In this document: piece by piece, positions 40,783 to 54,949 of the stretch
Numbering within the stretch: the first letter of the stretch is position 1
How the letters are laid out: each line of letters starts with the position of its first letter
Assembly: GCA_964057225.1 (NCBI GenBank)
Contig: OZ059895.1
Coordinates: forward strand, 11,904,001 to 11,968,000
DNA length: 64,000 nucleotides
Reading direction: 5' to 3'
Source: Auanema rhodensis
Lineage: Eukaryota; Animalia; Nematoda
Translations under genes and position numbers: made by a program
The notes under the pieces: generated by a model
Told to the model about the DNA's origin: nothing
What the model saw: the letters and a program-made list of their open reading frames with translations, nothing else
The model's database searches: none

Positions 40783-40901
40783 GCTTACGACCATACCACG
40801 TTGAAAGAACGCCATCCCGTCCGATCTGGCAAGTCAAGCAACGTTGGGCCCGGTTAGTACTTGGATCGGAGACAGCTTGGGAATCCCGGGTGCCGTAAGC
40901 T
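40783..40901 (+). rRNA. 5S rRNA: 5S rRNA, canonical class (T26A, G92A); uninserted sister of the transposon-bearing copy
   Basis: Shares GAAAGAACG and GAGACAGCTT with the split gene. Confidence 0.9.
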
Positions 40902-41311
40902 TTTCAAATTTTTTTAACGATCATACCACGTTGAAAGTACGCCATGCAGCTGATTTTCAATTTTATCTCTTCCGTAACAAATGTTTTCAATTTTCCAGCA
41001 GTTTTACTTAGATAGCTCAACCAAAGCCATTAAAATATCTTCAATCTTATTTCTATATTACAGTTATAAACCAGTAGTTTATGAACCTTCATCTTAACTT
41101 TACTGTTTCTATCTATTTCCTATTGAAACAAACATTGTTTAAACACTATACAACTGTGAAACCTTTTTTAATTTATTGTATTTGGATCTCATAAGATTTG
41201 ATATCATCGAGGGATTTAGATGTTACGTAGAAAATTACATAACTAACATGAAATTGGAAAAAAAACAATAACGAGGATAAGTATGTAAATCATTAAATAT
41301 CAGATATTTTC

Positions 41312-41430
41312 GCTTACGACCATACCACGTTGAAAGTACGCCATCCCGTCCGATCTGGCAAGTCAAGCAACGTTGGGCCCGGTTAGTACTTGGATCGGAG
41401 ACGGCTTGGGAATCCCGGGTGCCGTAAGCT
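41312..41430 (+). rRNA. 5S rRNA: 5S rRNA, canonical
   Basis: Same as the 36800 copy. Confidence 0.93.
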
Positions 41431-41841
41431 TTTCAAATTTTTTTAACGATCATACCACGTTGAAAGTACGCCATGCAGCTGATTTTCAATTTTATCTCTT
41501 CCGTAACAAATGTTTTCAATTTTCCAGCAGTTTTACTTAGATAGCTCAACCCAAGGCATTAAAATATCTTCAATCTTATTTCTATATTACAGTTATAAAC
41601 CAGTAGTTTATGAACCTTCATCTTAACTTTACTGTTTCTATCTATTTCCTATTGAAACAAACATTGTTTAAACACTATACAACTGTGAAACCTTTTTTAA
41701 TTTATTGTATTTGGATCTCATAAGATTTGATATCATCGAGGGATTTAGATGTTACGTAGAAAATTACATAACTAACATGAAATTTGGAAAAAAAACAATA
41801 ACGAGGATAAGTATGTAAATCATTGAATATCAGATATTTTC

Positions 41842-41960
41842 GCTTACGACCATACCACGTTGAAAGTACGCCATCCCGTCCGATCTGGCAAGTCAAGCAA
41901 CGTTGGGCCCGGTTAGTACTTGGATCGGAGACGGCTTGGGAATCCCGGGTGCCGTAAGCT
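41842..41960 (+). rRNA. 5S rRNA: 5S rRNA, canonical
   Basis: Same as the 36800 copy. Confidence 0.93.
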
Positions 41961-42769
41961 TTTCAAATTTTTTTAACGATCATACCACGTTGAAAGTACG
42001 CCATGCAGCTGATTTTCAATTTTATCTCTTCCGTAACAAATGTTTTCAATTTTCCAGCAGTTTTACTTAGATAGCTCAACCAAAGCCATTAAAATATCTT
42101 CAATCTTATTTCTTTATTACAGTTATAAACCAGTAGTTTATGAACCTTCATCTTAACTTTACTGTTTCTATCTATTTCCTATTAAAACAAACGTTGTTTA
42201 AACACTATACAACTGTGAAACCTTTTTTAATTTATTGTATTTGGAGCTCATAAGATTCAATATTATCGAGGGATTTAGATGTAACGTGGAAAATTACATA
42301 ACTAACATGAAATTGGAAAAAAAACAATAACGAGGATAAATATGTAAATCATTGAATATCAGATATTTCCGCTTACAACCATACCACGTTGAAAGTACGC
42401 CATGCAGCTGATTTTCAATTTTATCTCTTCCGTAACAAATGTTTTCAATTTTCCAGCAGTTTTACTTAGATAGCTCAACCCAAGGCATTAAAATATCTTC
42501 AATCTTATTTCTATATTACAGTTATAAACCAGTAGTTTATGAACCTTCATCTTAACTTTACTGTTTCTATCTATTTCCTATTGAAACAAACATTGTTTAA
42601 ACACTATACAACTGTGAAACCTTTTTTAATTTATTGTATTTGGATCTCATAAGATTTGATATCATCGAGGGATTTAGATGTTACGTAAAAAATTACATAA
42701 CTAACATGAAATTGGAAAAAAAACAATAACGAGGATAAGTATGTAGATCATTGAATATCAGATATTTTC

Positions 42770-42888
42770 GCTTACGACCATACCACGTTGAAAGTACGCC
42801 ATCCCGTCCGATCTGGCAAGTCAAACAACGTTGGGCCCGGTTAGTACTTGGATCGGAGACGGCTTCTGAATCCCGGGTGCCGTAAGCA
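42770..42888 (+). rRNA. 5S rRNA: 5S rRNA variant class
   Basis: Full-length 5S with variant-class substitutions. Confidence 0.8.
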
Positions 42889-44490
42889 TTTCAAATTTTT
42901 TTAACGATCATACCACGTTGAAAGTACGCCATGCAGCTGATTTTCAATTTTATTTCTTCCGTAACAAAAGTTTTCAATTTTCCAGCAGTTTTACTTAGAT
43001 AGCTCAACCCAAGGCATTAAAATATCTTCAATCTTATTTCTATATTACAGTTATAAACCAGTAGTTTATGAACCTTCATCTTAACTTTACTGTTTCTATC
43101 TATTTCCTATTGAAACAAACATTGTTTAAACACTATACAACTGTGAAACCTTTTTTAATTTATTGTATTTGGATCTCATAAGATTTGATATCATCGAGGG
43201 ATTTAGATGTTACGTAGAAAATTACATAACTAACATGAAATTGGAAAAAAAACAATAACGAGGATAAGTATGTAGATCATTGAATATCAGATATTTTCGC
43301 TTACGACCATACCACGTTGAAAGTACGCCATGCAGCTGATTTTCAATTTTATCTCTTCCGTAACAAAAGTTTTCAATTTTCCAGCAGTTTTACTTAGATA
43401 GCTCAACCCAAGGCATTAAAATATCTTCAATCTTATTTCTATATTACAGTTATAAACCAGTAGTTTATGAACCTTAATCTTAACTTTACTGTTTCTATCT
43501 ATTTCCTATTAAAACAAACGTTGTTTAAACACTATACAACTGTGAAACCTTTTTTAATTTATTGTATTTGGAGCTCATAAGATTCAATATTATCGAGGGA
43601 TTTAGATGTAACGTGGAAAATTACATAACTAACATGAAATTGGAAAAAAAACAATAACGAGGAATAATATGTAAATCATTGAATATCAGATATTTCCGCT
43701 TACAACCATACCACGTTGAAAGTACGCCATGCAGCTGATTTTCAATTTTATCTCTTCCGTAACAAATGTTTTCAATTTTCCAGCAGTTTTACTTAGATAG
43801 CTCAACCCAAGGCATTAAAATATCTTTAATCTTATTTCTATATTACAGTTATAAACCAGTAGTTTATGAACCTTAATCTTAACTTTACTGTTTCTATCTA
43901 TTTTAAAACAAACGTTGTTTAAACACTATACAACTGTGAAACCTTTTTTAATTTATTGTATTTGGAGCTCATAAGATTCAATATTATCGAGGGATTTAGA
44001 TGTAACGTGGAAAATTACATAACTAACATGAAATTGGAAAAAAAACAATAACGAGGATAAATATGTAAATCATTGAATATCAGATATTTCCGCTTACGAC
44101 CATACCACGTTGAAAGTACGCCATGCAGCTGATTTTCAATTTTATCTCTTCCGTAACAAATGTTTTCAATTTTCCAGCAGTTTTACTTAGATAGCTCAAC
44201 CAAAGCCATTAAAATATCTTCAATCTTATTTCTATATTACAGTTATAAACCAGTAGTTTATGAACCTTCATCTTAACTTTACTGTTTCTATCTATTTCCT
44301 ATTGAAACAAACATTGTTTAAACACTATACAACTGTGAAACCTTTTTTAATTTATTGTATTTGGATCTCATAAGATTTGATATCATCGAGGGATTTAGAT
44401 GTTACGTAGAAAATTACATAACTAACATGAAATTGGAAAAAAAACAATAACGAGGATAAGTATGTAAATCATTAAATATCAGATATTTTC

Positions 44491-44609
44491 GCTTACGACC
44501 ATACCACGTTGAAAGTACGCCATCCCGTCCGATCTGGCAAGTCAAGCAACGTTGGGCCCGGTTAGTACTTGGATCGGAGACGGCTTGGGAATCCCGGGTG
44601 CCGTAAGCA
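44491..44609 (+). rRNA. 5S rRNA: 5S rRNA, canonical body with variant-class 3' end (GCATTT)
   Basis: Has AAGCAAC and TTGGGAA but ends GTAAGCATTT. Confidence 0.9.
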
Positions 44610-45020
44610 TTTCAAATTTTTTTAACGATCATACCACGTTGAAAGTACGCCATGCAGCTGATTTTCAATTTTATCTCTTCCGTAACAAATGTTTTCAATT
44701 TTCCAGCAGTTTTACTTAGATAGCTCAACCCAAGGCATTAAAATATCTTCAATCTTATTTCTATATTACAGTTATAAACCAGTAGTTTATGAACCTTCAT
44801 CTTAACTTTACTGTTTCTATCTATTTCCTATTGAAACAAACATTGTTTAAACACTATACAACTGTGAAACCTTTTTTAATTTATTGTATTTGGATCTCAT
44901 AAGATTTGATATCATCGAGGGATTTAGATGTTACGTAGAAAAGTACATAACTAACATGAAATTTGGAAAAAAAACAATAACGAGGATAAGTATGTAAATT
45001 ATTGAATATCAGATATTTTC

Positions 45021-45139
45021 GCTTACGACCATACCACGTTGAAAGTACGCCATCCCGTCCGATCTGGCAAGTCAAGCAACGTTGGGCCCGGTTAGTACTT
45101 GGATCGGAGACGGCTTGGGAATCCCGGGTGCCGTAAGCT
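45021..45139 (+). rRNA. 5S rRNA: 5S rRNA, canonical
   Basis: Same as the 36800 copy. Confidence 0.93.
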
Positions 45140-45550
45140 TTTCAAATTTTTTTAACGATCATACCACGTTGAAAGTACGCCATGCAGCTGATTTTCAATT
45201 TTATCTCTTCCGTAACAAATGTTTTCAATTTTCCAGCAGTTTTACTTAGATAGCTCAACCCAAGGCATTAAAATATCTTCAATCTTATTTCTATATTACA
45301 GTTATAAACCAGTAGTTTATGAACCTTCATCTTAACTTTACTGTTTCTATCTATTTCCTATTGAAACAAACATTGTTTAAACACTATACAACTGTGAAAC
45401 CTTTTTTAATTTATTGTATTTGGATCTCATAAGATTTGATATCATCGAGGGATTTAGATGTTACGTAGAAAATTACATAACTAACATGAAATTTGGAAAA
45501 AAAACAATAACGAGGATAAGTATGTAAATCATTGAATATCAGATATTTTC

Positions 45551-45669
45551 GCTTACGACCATACCACGTTGAAAGTACGCCATCCCGTCCGATCTGGCAA
45601 GTCAAGCAACGTTGGGCCCGGTTAGTACTTGGATCGGAGACGGCTTGGGAATCCCGGGTGCCGTAAGCT
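45551..45669 (+). rRNA. 5S rRNA: 5S rRNA, canonical
   Basis: Same as the 36800 copy. Confidence 0.93.
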
Positions 45670-46478
45670 TTTCAAATTTTTTTAACGATCATACCACGTT
45701 GAAAGTACGCCATGCAGCTGATTTTCAATTTTATCTCTTCCGTAACAAATGTTTTCAATTTTCCAGCAGTTTTACTTAGATAGCTCAACCAAAGCCATTA
45801 AAATATCTTCAATCTTATTTCTTTATTACAGTTATAAACCAGTAGTTTATGAACCTTCATCTTAACTTTACTGTTTCTATCTAATTCCTATTAAAACAAA
45901 CGTTGTTTAAACACTATACAACTGTGAAACCTTTTTTAATTTATTGTATTTGGAGCTCATAAGATTCAATATTATCGAGGGATTTAGATGTAACGTGGAA
46001 AATTACATAACTAACATGAAATTGGAAAAAAAACAATAACGAGGATAAATATGTAAATCATTGAATATCAGATATTTCCGCTTACAACCATACCACGTTG
46101 AAAGTACGCCATGCAGCTGATTTTCAATTTTATCTCTTCCGTAACAAATGTTTTCAATTTTCCAGCAGTTTTACTTAGATAGCTCAACCCAAGGCATTAA
46201 AATATCTTCAATCTTATTTCTATATTACAGTTATAAACCAGTAGTTTATGAACCTTCATCTTAACTTTACTGTTTCTATCTATTTCCTATTGAAACAAAC
46301 ATTGTTTAAACACTATACAACTGTGAAACCTTTTTTAATTTATTGTATTTGGATCTCATAAGATTTGATATCATCGAGGGATTTAGATGTTACGTAAAAA
46401 ATTACATAACTAACATGAAATTGGAAAAAAAACAATAACGAGGATAAGTATGTAGATCATTGAATATCAGATATTTTC

Positions 46479-46597
46479 GCTTACGACCATACCACGTTGA
46501 AAGTACGCCATCCCGTCCGATCTGGCAAGTCAAACAACGTTGGGCCCGGTTAGTACTTGGATCGGAGACGGCTTCTGAATCCCGGGTGCCGTAAGCA
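46479..46597 (+). rRNA. 5S rRNA: 5S rRNA variant class
   Basis: Full-length 5S with variant-class substitutions. Confidence 0.8.
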
Positions 46598-48199
46598 TTT
46601 CAAATTTTTTTAACGATCATACCACGTTGAAAGTACGCCATGCAGCTGATTTTCAATTTTATTTCTTCCGTAACAAAAGTTTTCAATTTTCCAGCAGTTT
46701 TACTTAGATAGCTCAACCCAAGGCATTAAAATATCTTCAATCTTATTTCTATATTACAGTTATAAACCAGTAGTTTATGAACCTTCATCTTAACTTTACT
46801 GTTTCTATCTATTTCCTATTGAAACAAACATTGTTTAAACACTATACAACTGTGAAACCTTTTTTAATTTATTGTATTTGGATCTCATAAGATTTGATAT
46901 CATCGAGGGATTTAGATGTTACGTAGAAAATTACATAACTAACATGAAATTGGAAAAAAAACAATAACGAGGATAAGTATGTAGATCATTGAATATCAGA
47001 TATTTTCGCTTACGACCATACCACGTTGAAAGTACGCCATGCAGCTGATTTTCAATTTTATCTCTTCCGTAACAAAAGTTTTCAATTTTCCAGCAGTTTT
47101 ACTTAGATAGCTCAACCCAAGGCATTAAAATATCTTCAATCTTATTTCTATATTACAGTTATAAACCAGTAGTTTATGAACCTTAATCTTAACTTTACTG
47201 TTTCTATCTATTTCCTATTAAAACAAACGTTGTTTAAACACTATACAACTGTGAAACCTTTTTTAATTTATTGTATTTGGAGCTCATAAGATTCAATATT
47301 ATCGAGGGATTTAGATGTAACGTGGAAAATTACATAACTAACATGAAATTGGAAAAAAAACAATAACGAGGAATAATATGTAAATCATTGAATATCAGAT
47401 ATTTCCGCTTACAACCATACCACGTTGAAAGTACGCCATGCAGCTGATTTTCAATTTTATCTCTTCCGTAACAAATGTTTTCAATTTTCCAGCAGTTTTA
47501 CTTAGATAGCTCAACCCAAGGCATTAAAATATCTTTAATCTTATTTCTATATTACAGTTATAAACCAGTAGTTTATGAACCTTAATCTTAACTTTACTGT
47601 TTCTATCTATTTTAAAACAAACGTTGTTTAAACACTATACAACTGTGAAACCTTTTTTAATTTATTGTATTTGGAGCTCATAAGATTCAATATTATCGAG
47701 GGATTTAGATGTAACGTGGAAAATTACATAACTAACATGAAATTGGAAAAAAAACAATAACGAGGATAAATATGTAAATCATTGAATATCAGATATTTCC
47801 GCTTACGACCATACCACGTTGAAAGTACGCCATGCAGCTGATTTTCAATTTTATCTCTTCCGTAACAAAAGTTTTCAATTTTCCAGCAGTTTTACTTAGA
47901 TAGCTCAACCCAAGGCATTAAAATATCTTCAATCTTATTTCTATATTACAGTTATAAACCAGTAGTTTATGAACCTTCATCTTAACTTTAATGTTTCTAT
48001 CTATTTCCTATTGAAACAAACATTGTTTAAACACTATACAACTGTGAAACCTTTTTTAATTTATTGTATTTGGATCTCATAAGATTTGATATCATCGAGG
48101 GATTTAGATGTTACGTAGAAAATTACATAACTAACATGAAATTGGAAAAAAAACAATAACGAGGATAAGTATGTAGATCATTGAATATCAGATATTTTC

Positions 48200-48318
48200 G
48201 CTTACGACCATACCACGTTGAAAGTACGCCATCCCGTCCGATCTGGCAAGTCAAACAACGTTGGGCCCGGTTAGTACTTGGATCGGAGACGGCTTCTGAA
48301 TCCCGGGTGCCGTAAGCA
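48200..48318 (+). rRNA. 5S rRNA: 5S rRNA variant class
   Basis: Full-length 5S with variant-class substitutions. Confidence 0.8.
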
Positions 48319-50324
48319 TTTCAAATTTTTTTAACGATCATACCACGTTGAAAGTACGCCATGCAGCTGATTTTCAATTTTATCTCTTCCGTAACAAAAG
48401 TTTTCAATTTTCCAGCAGTTTTACTTAGATAGCTCAACCCAAGGCATTAAAATATCTTCAATCTTATTTCTATATTACAGTTATAAACCAGTAGTTTATG
48501 AACCTTCATCTTAACTTTACTGTTTCTATCTATTTCCTATTGAAACGAACATTGTTTAAACACTATACAACTGTGAAACCTTTTTTAATTTATTGTATTT
48601 GGATCTCATAAGATTTGATATCATCGAGGGATTTAGATGTTACGTAGAAAATTACATAACTAACATGAAATTGGAAAAAAAACAATAACGAGGATAAGTA
48701 TGTAGATCATTGAATATCAGATATTTTCGCTTACGACCATACCACGTTGAAAGTACGCCATGCAGCTGATTTTCAATTTTATCTCTTCCGTAACAAAAGT
48801 TTTCAATTTTCCAGCAGTTTTACTTTGATAGCTCAACCCAAGGCATTAAAATATCTTCAATCTTATTTCTATATTACAGTTATAAACCAGTAGTTTATGA
48901 ACCTTAATCTTAACTTTACTGTTTCTATCTATTTCCTATTAAAACAAACGTTGTTTAAACACTATACAACTGTGAAACCTTTTTTAATTTATTGTATTTG
49001 GAGCTCATAAGATTCAATATTATCGAGGGATTTAGATGTAACGTGGAAAATTACATAACTAACATGAAATTGGAAAAAAAACAATAACGAGGATAAATAT
49101 GTAAATCATTGAAAATCAGATATTTCCGCTTACGACCATACCACGTTGAAAGTACGCCATGCAGCTGATTTTCAATTTTATCTCTTCCGTAACAAAAGTT
49201 TTCAATTTTCCAGCAGTTTTACTTAGATAGCTCAACCCAAGGCATTAAAATATCTTCAATCTTATTTCTATATTACAGTTATAAACCAGTAGTTTATGAA
49301 CCTTCATCTTAACTTTACTGTTTCTATCTATTTCCTATTGAAACGAACATTGTTTAAACACTATACAACTGTGAAACCTTTTTTAATTTATTGTATTTGG
49401 ATCTCATAAGATTTGATATCATCGAGGGATTTAGATGTTACGTAGAAAATTACATAACTAACATGAAATTGGAAAAAAAACAATAACGAGGATAAGTATG
49501 TAGATCATTGAATATCAGATATTTTCGCTTACGACCATACCACGTTGAAAGTACGCCATGCAGCTGATTTTCAATTTTATCTCTTCCGTAACAAAAGTTT
49601 TCAATTTTCCAGCAGTTTTACTTTGATAGCTCAACCCAAGGCATTAAAATATCTTCAATCTTATTTCTATATTACAGTTATAAACCAGTAGTTTATGAAC
49701 CTTAATCTTAACTTTACTGTTTCTATCTATTTCCTATTAAAACAAACGTTGTTTAAACACTATACAACTGTGAAACCTTTTTTAATTTATTGTATTTGGA
49801 GCTCATAAGATTCAATATTATCGAGGGATTTAGATGTAACGTGGAAAATTACATAACTAACATGAAATTGGAAAAAAAACAATAACGAGGATAAATATGT
49901 AAATCATTGAATATCAGATATTTCCGCTTACGACCATACCACGTTGAAAGTACGCCATGCAGCTGATTTTCAATTTTATCTCTTCCGTAACAAAAGTTTT
50001 CAATTTTCCAGCAGTTTTACTTAGATAGCTCAACCCAAGGCATTAAAATATCTTCAATCTTATTTTTTTATTACAGTTATAAACCAGTAGTTTATGAACC
50101 TTCATCTTAACTTTAATGTTTCTATCTATTTCCTATTTAAACAAACATTGTTTAAACACTATACAACTGTGAAACCTTTTTTAATTTATTGTATTTGGAT
50201 CTCATAAGATTTGATATCATCGAGGGATTTAGATGTTACGTAGAAAATTACATAACTAACATGAAATTGGAAAAAAAACAATAACGAGGATAAGTATGTA
50301 GATCATTGAATATCAGATATTTTC

Positions 50325-50443
50325 GCTTACGACCATACCACGTTGAAAGTACGCCATCCCGTCCGATCTGGCAAGTCAAACAACGTTGGGCCCGGTTAGT
50401 ACTTGGATCGGAGACGGCTTCTGAATCCCGGGTGCCGTAAGCA
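50325..50443 (+). rRNA. 5S rRNA: 5S rRNA variant class
   Basis: Full-length 5S with variant-class substitutions. Confidence 0.8.
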
Positions 50444-51252
50444 TTTCAAATTTTTTTAACGATCATACCACGTTGAAAGTACGCCATGCAGCTGATTTTC
50501 AATTTTATTTCTTCCGTAACAAAAGTTTTCAATTTTCCAGCAGTTTTACTTAGATAGCTCAACCCAAGGCATTAAAATATCTTCAATCTTATTTCTATAT
50601 TACAGTTATAAACCAGTAGTTTATGAACCTTCATCTTAACTTTACTGTTTCTTTCTATTTCCTATTGAAACAAACATTGTTTAAACACTATACAACTGTG
50701 AAACCTTTTTTAATTTATTGTATTTGGATCTCATAAGATTTGATATCATCGAGGGATTTAGATGTTACGTAGAAAATTACATAACTAACATGAAATTGGA
50801 AAAAAAACAATAACGAGGATAAGTATGTAGATCACAGAATATCAGATATTTTCGCTTACGACCATACCACGTAGAAAGTACGCCATGCAGCTGATTTTCA
50901 ATTTTATCTCTTCCGTAACAAAAGTTTTCAATTTTCCAGCAGTTTTACTTAGATAGCTCAACCCAAGGCATTAAAATATCTTCAATCTTATTTCTATATT
51001 ACAGTTATAAACCAGTAGTTTATGAACCTTCATCTTAACTTTACTGTTTCTATCTATTTCCTATTGAAACAAACATTGTTTAAACACTATACAAGTGTGA
51101 AACCTTTTTTAATTTATTGTATTTGGATGTCATAAGATTTGATATCATCGAGGGATTTAGATGTTACGTAGAAAATTACATAACTAACATGAAATTGGAA
51201 AAAAAACAATAACGAGGATAAGTATGTAGATCATTGAATATCAGATATTTTC

Positions 51253-51371
51253 GCTTACGACCATACCACGTTGAAAGTACGCCATCCCGTCCGATCTGGC
51301 AAGTCAAACAACGTTGGGCCCGGTTAGTACTTGGATCGGAGACGGCTTCTGAATCCCGGGTGCCGTAAGCA
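51253..51371 (+). rRNA. 5S rRNA: 5S rRNA variant class
   Basis: Full-length 5S with variant-class substitutions. Confidence 0.8.
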
Positions 51372-52181
51372 TTTCAAATTTTTTTAACGATCATACCACG
51401 TTGAAAGTACGCCATGCAGCTGATTTTCAATTTTATCTCTTCCGTAACAAAAGTTTTCAATTTTCCAGCAGTTTTACTTAGATAGCTCAACCCAAGGCAT
51501 TAAAATATCTTCAATCTTATTTCTATATTACAGTTATAAACCAGTAGTTTATGAACCTTCATCTTAACTTTACTGTTTCTATCTATTTCCTATTGAAACG
51601 AACATTGTTTAAACACTATACAACTGTGAAACCTTTTTTAATTTATTGTATTTGGATCTCATAAGATTTGATATCATCGAGGGATTTAGATGTTACGTAG
51701 AAAATTACATAACTAACATGAAATTGGAAAAAAAACAATAACGAGGATAAGTATGTAGATCATTGAATATCAGATATTTTCGCTTACGACCATACCACGT
51801 TGAAAGTACGCCATGCAGCTGATTTTCAATTTTATCTCTTCCGTAACAAAAGTTTTCAATTTTCCAGCAGTTTTACTTTGATAGCTCAACCCAAGGCATT
51901 AAAATATCTTCAATCTTATTTCTATATTACAGTTATAAACCAGTAGTTTATGAACCTTCATCTTAACTTTACTGTTTCTATCTATTTCCTATTGAAACAA
52001 ACATTGTTTAAACACTATACAACTGTGAAACCTTTTTTAATTTATTGTATTTGGATCTCATAAGATTTGATATCATCGAGGGATTTAGATGTTACGTAGA
52101 AAATTACATAACTAACATGAAATTTGGAAAAAAAACAATAACGAGGATAAGTATGTAAATCATTGAATATCAGATATTTTC

Positions 52182-52300
52182 GCTTACGACCATACCACGT
52201 TGAAAGTACGCCATCCCGTCCGATCTGGCAAGTCAAGCAACGTTGGGCCCGGTTAGTACTTGGATCGGAGACGGCTTGGGAATCCCGGGTGCCGTAAGCT
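52182..52300 (+). rRNA. 5S rRNA: 5S rRNA, canonical
   Basis: Same as the 36800 copy. Confidence 0.93.
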
Positions 52301-53109
52301 TTTCAAATTTTTTTAACGATCATACCACGTTGAAAGTACGCCATGCAGCTGATTTTCAATTTTATCTCTTCCGTAACAAATGTTTTCAATTTTCCAGCAG
52401 TTTTACTTACATAGCTCAACCAAAGCCATTAAAATATCTTCAATCTTATTTCTTTATTACAGTTATAAACCAGTAGTTTATGAACCTTCATCTTAACTTT
52501 ACTGTTTCTATCTAATTCCTATTAAAACAAACGTTGTTTAAACACTATACAACTGTGAAACCTTTTTTAATTTATTGTATTTGGAGCTCATAAGATTCAA
52601 TATTATCGAGGGATTTAGATGTAACGTGGAAAATTACATAACTAACATGAAATTGGAAAAAAAACAATAACGAGGATAAATATGTAAATCATTGAATATC
52701 AGATATTTCCGCTTACAACCATACCACGTTGAAAGTACGCCATGCAGCTGATTTTCAATTTTATCTCTTCCGTAACAAATGTTTTCAATTTTCCAGCAGT
52801 TTTACTTAGATAGCTCAACCCAAGGCATTAAAATATCTTCAATCTTATTTCTATATTACAGTTATAAACCAGTAGTTTATGAACCTTCATCTTAACTTTA
52901 CTGTTTCTATCTATTTCCTATTGAAACAAACATTGTTTAAACACTATACAACTGTGAAACCTTTTTTAATTTATTGTATTTGGATCTCATAAGATTTGAT
53001 ATCATCGAGGGATTTAGATGTTACGTAAAAAATTACATAACTAACATGAAATTGGAAAAAAAACAATAACGAGGATAAGTATGTAGATCATTGAATATCA
53101 GATATTTTC

Positions 53110-53228
53110 GCTTACGACCATACCACGTTGAAAGTACGCCATCCCGTCCGATCTGGCAAGTCAAACAACGTTGGGCCCGGTTAGTACTTGGATCGGAGAC
53201 GGCTTCTGAATCCCGGGTGCCGTAAGCA
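53110..53228 (+). rRNA. 5S rRNA: 5S rRNA variant class
   Basis: Full-length 5S with variant-class substitutions. Confidence 0.8.
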
Positions 53229-54830
53229 TTTCAAATTTTTTTAACGATCATACCACGTTGAAAGTACGCCATGCAGCTGATTTTCAATTTTATTTCTTCC
53301 GTAACAAAAGTTTTCAATTTTCCAGCAGTTTTACTTAGATAGCTCAACCCAAGGCATTAAAATATCTTCAATCTTATTTCTATATTACAGTTATAAACCA
53401 GTAGTTTATGAACCTTCATCTTAACTTTACTGTTTCTATCTATTTCCTATTGAAACAAACATTGTTTAAACACTATACAACTGTGAAACCTTTTTTAATT
53501 TATTGTATTTGGATCTCATAAGATTTGATATCATCGAGGGATTTAGATGTTACGTAGAAAATTACATAACTAACATGAAATTGGAAAAAAAACAATAACG
53601 AGGATAAGTATGTAGATCATTGAATATCAGATATTTTCGCTTACGACCATACCACGTTGAAAGTACGCCATGCAGCTGATTTTCAATTTTATCTCTTCCG
53701 TAACAAAAGTTTTCAATTTTCCAGCAGTTTTACTTAGATAGCTCAACCCAAGGCATTAAAATATCTTCAATCTTATTTCTATATTACAGTTATAAACCAG
53801 TAGTTTATGAACCTTAATCTTAACTTTACTGTTTCTATCTATTTCCTATTAAAACAAACGTTGTTTAAACACTATACAACTGTGAAACCTTTTTTAATTT
53901 ATTGTATTTGGAGCTCATAAGATTCAATATTATCGAGGGATTTAGATGTAACGTGGAAAATTACATAACTAACATGAAATTGGAAAAAAAACAATAACGA
54001 GGAATAATATGTAAATCATTGAATATCAGATATTTCCGCTTACAACCATACCACGTTGAAAGTACGCCATGCAGCTGATTTTCAATTTTATCTCTTCCGT
54101 AACAAATGTTTTCAATTTTCCAGCAGTTTTACTTAGATAGCTCAACCCAAGGCATTAAAATATCTTTAATCTTATTTCTATATTACAGTTATAAACCAGT
54201 AGTTTATGAACCTTAATCTTAACTTTACTGTTTCTATCTATTTTAAAACAAACGTTGTTTAAACACTATACAACTGTGAAACCTTTTTTAATTTATTGTA
54301 TTTGGAGCTCATAAGATTCAATATTATCGAGGGATTTAGATGTAACGTGGAAAATTACATAACTAACATGAAATTGGAAAAAAAACAATAACGAGGATAA
54401 ATATGTAAATCATTGAATATCAGATATTTCCGCTTACGACCATACCACGTTGAAAGTACGCCATGCAGCTGATTTTCAATTTTATCTCTTCCGTAACAAA
54501 AGTTTTCAATTTTCCAGCAGTTTTACTTAGATAGCTCAACCCAAGGCATTAAAATATCTTCAATCTTATTTCTATATTACAGTTATAAACCAGTAGTTTA
54601 TGAACCTTCATCTTAACTTTAATGTTTCTATCTATTTCCTATTGAAACAAACATTGTTTAAACACTATACAACTGTGAAACCTTTTTTAATTTATTGTAT
54701 TTGGATCTCATAAGATTTGATATCATCGAGGGATTTAGATGTTACGTAGAAAATTACATAACTAACATGAAATTGGAAAAAAAACAATAACGAGGATAAG
54801 TATGTAGATCATTGAATATCAGATATTTTC

Positions 54831-54949
54831 GCTTACGACCATACCACGTTGAAAGTACGCCATCCCGTCCGATCTGGCAAGTCAAACAACGTTGGGCCCG
54901 GTTAGTACTTGGATCGGAGACGGCTTCTGAATCCCGGGTGCCGTAAGCA
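54831..54949 (+). rRNA. 5S rRNA: 5S rRNA variant class
   Basis: Full-length 5S with variant-class substitutions. Confidence 0.8.

Noticed and set aside
35332-52236. Repeated 64-aa minus-strand ORFs (MTCQIGRDG...), plus ORFs at 35063, 35924 and 52243
   Set aside because: They are chance frames across 5S and spacer, often with non-ATG starts, and are opened only by single-base variants of the repeat.
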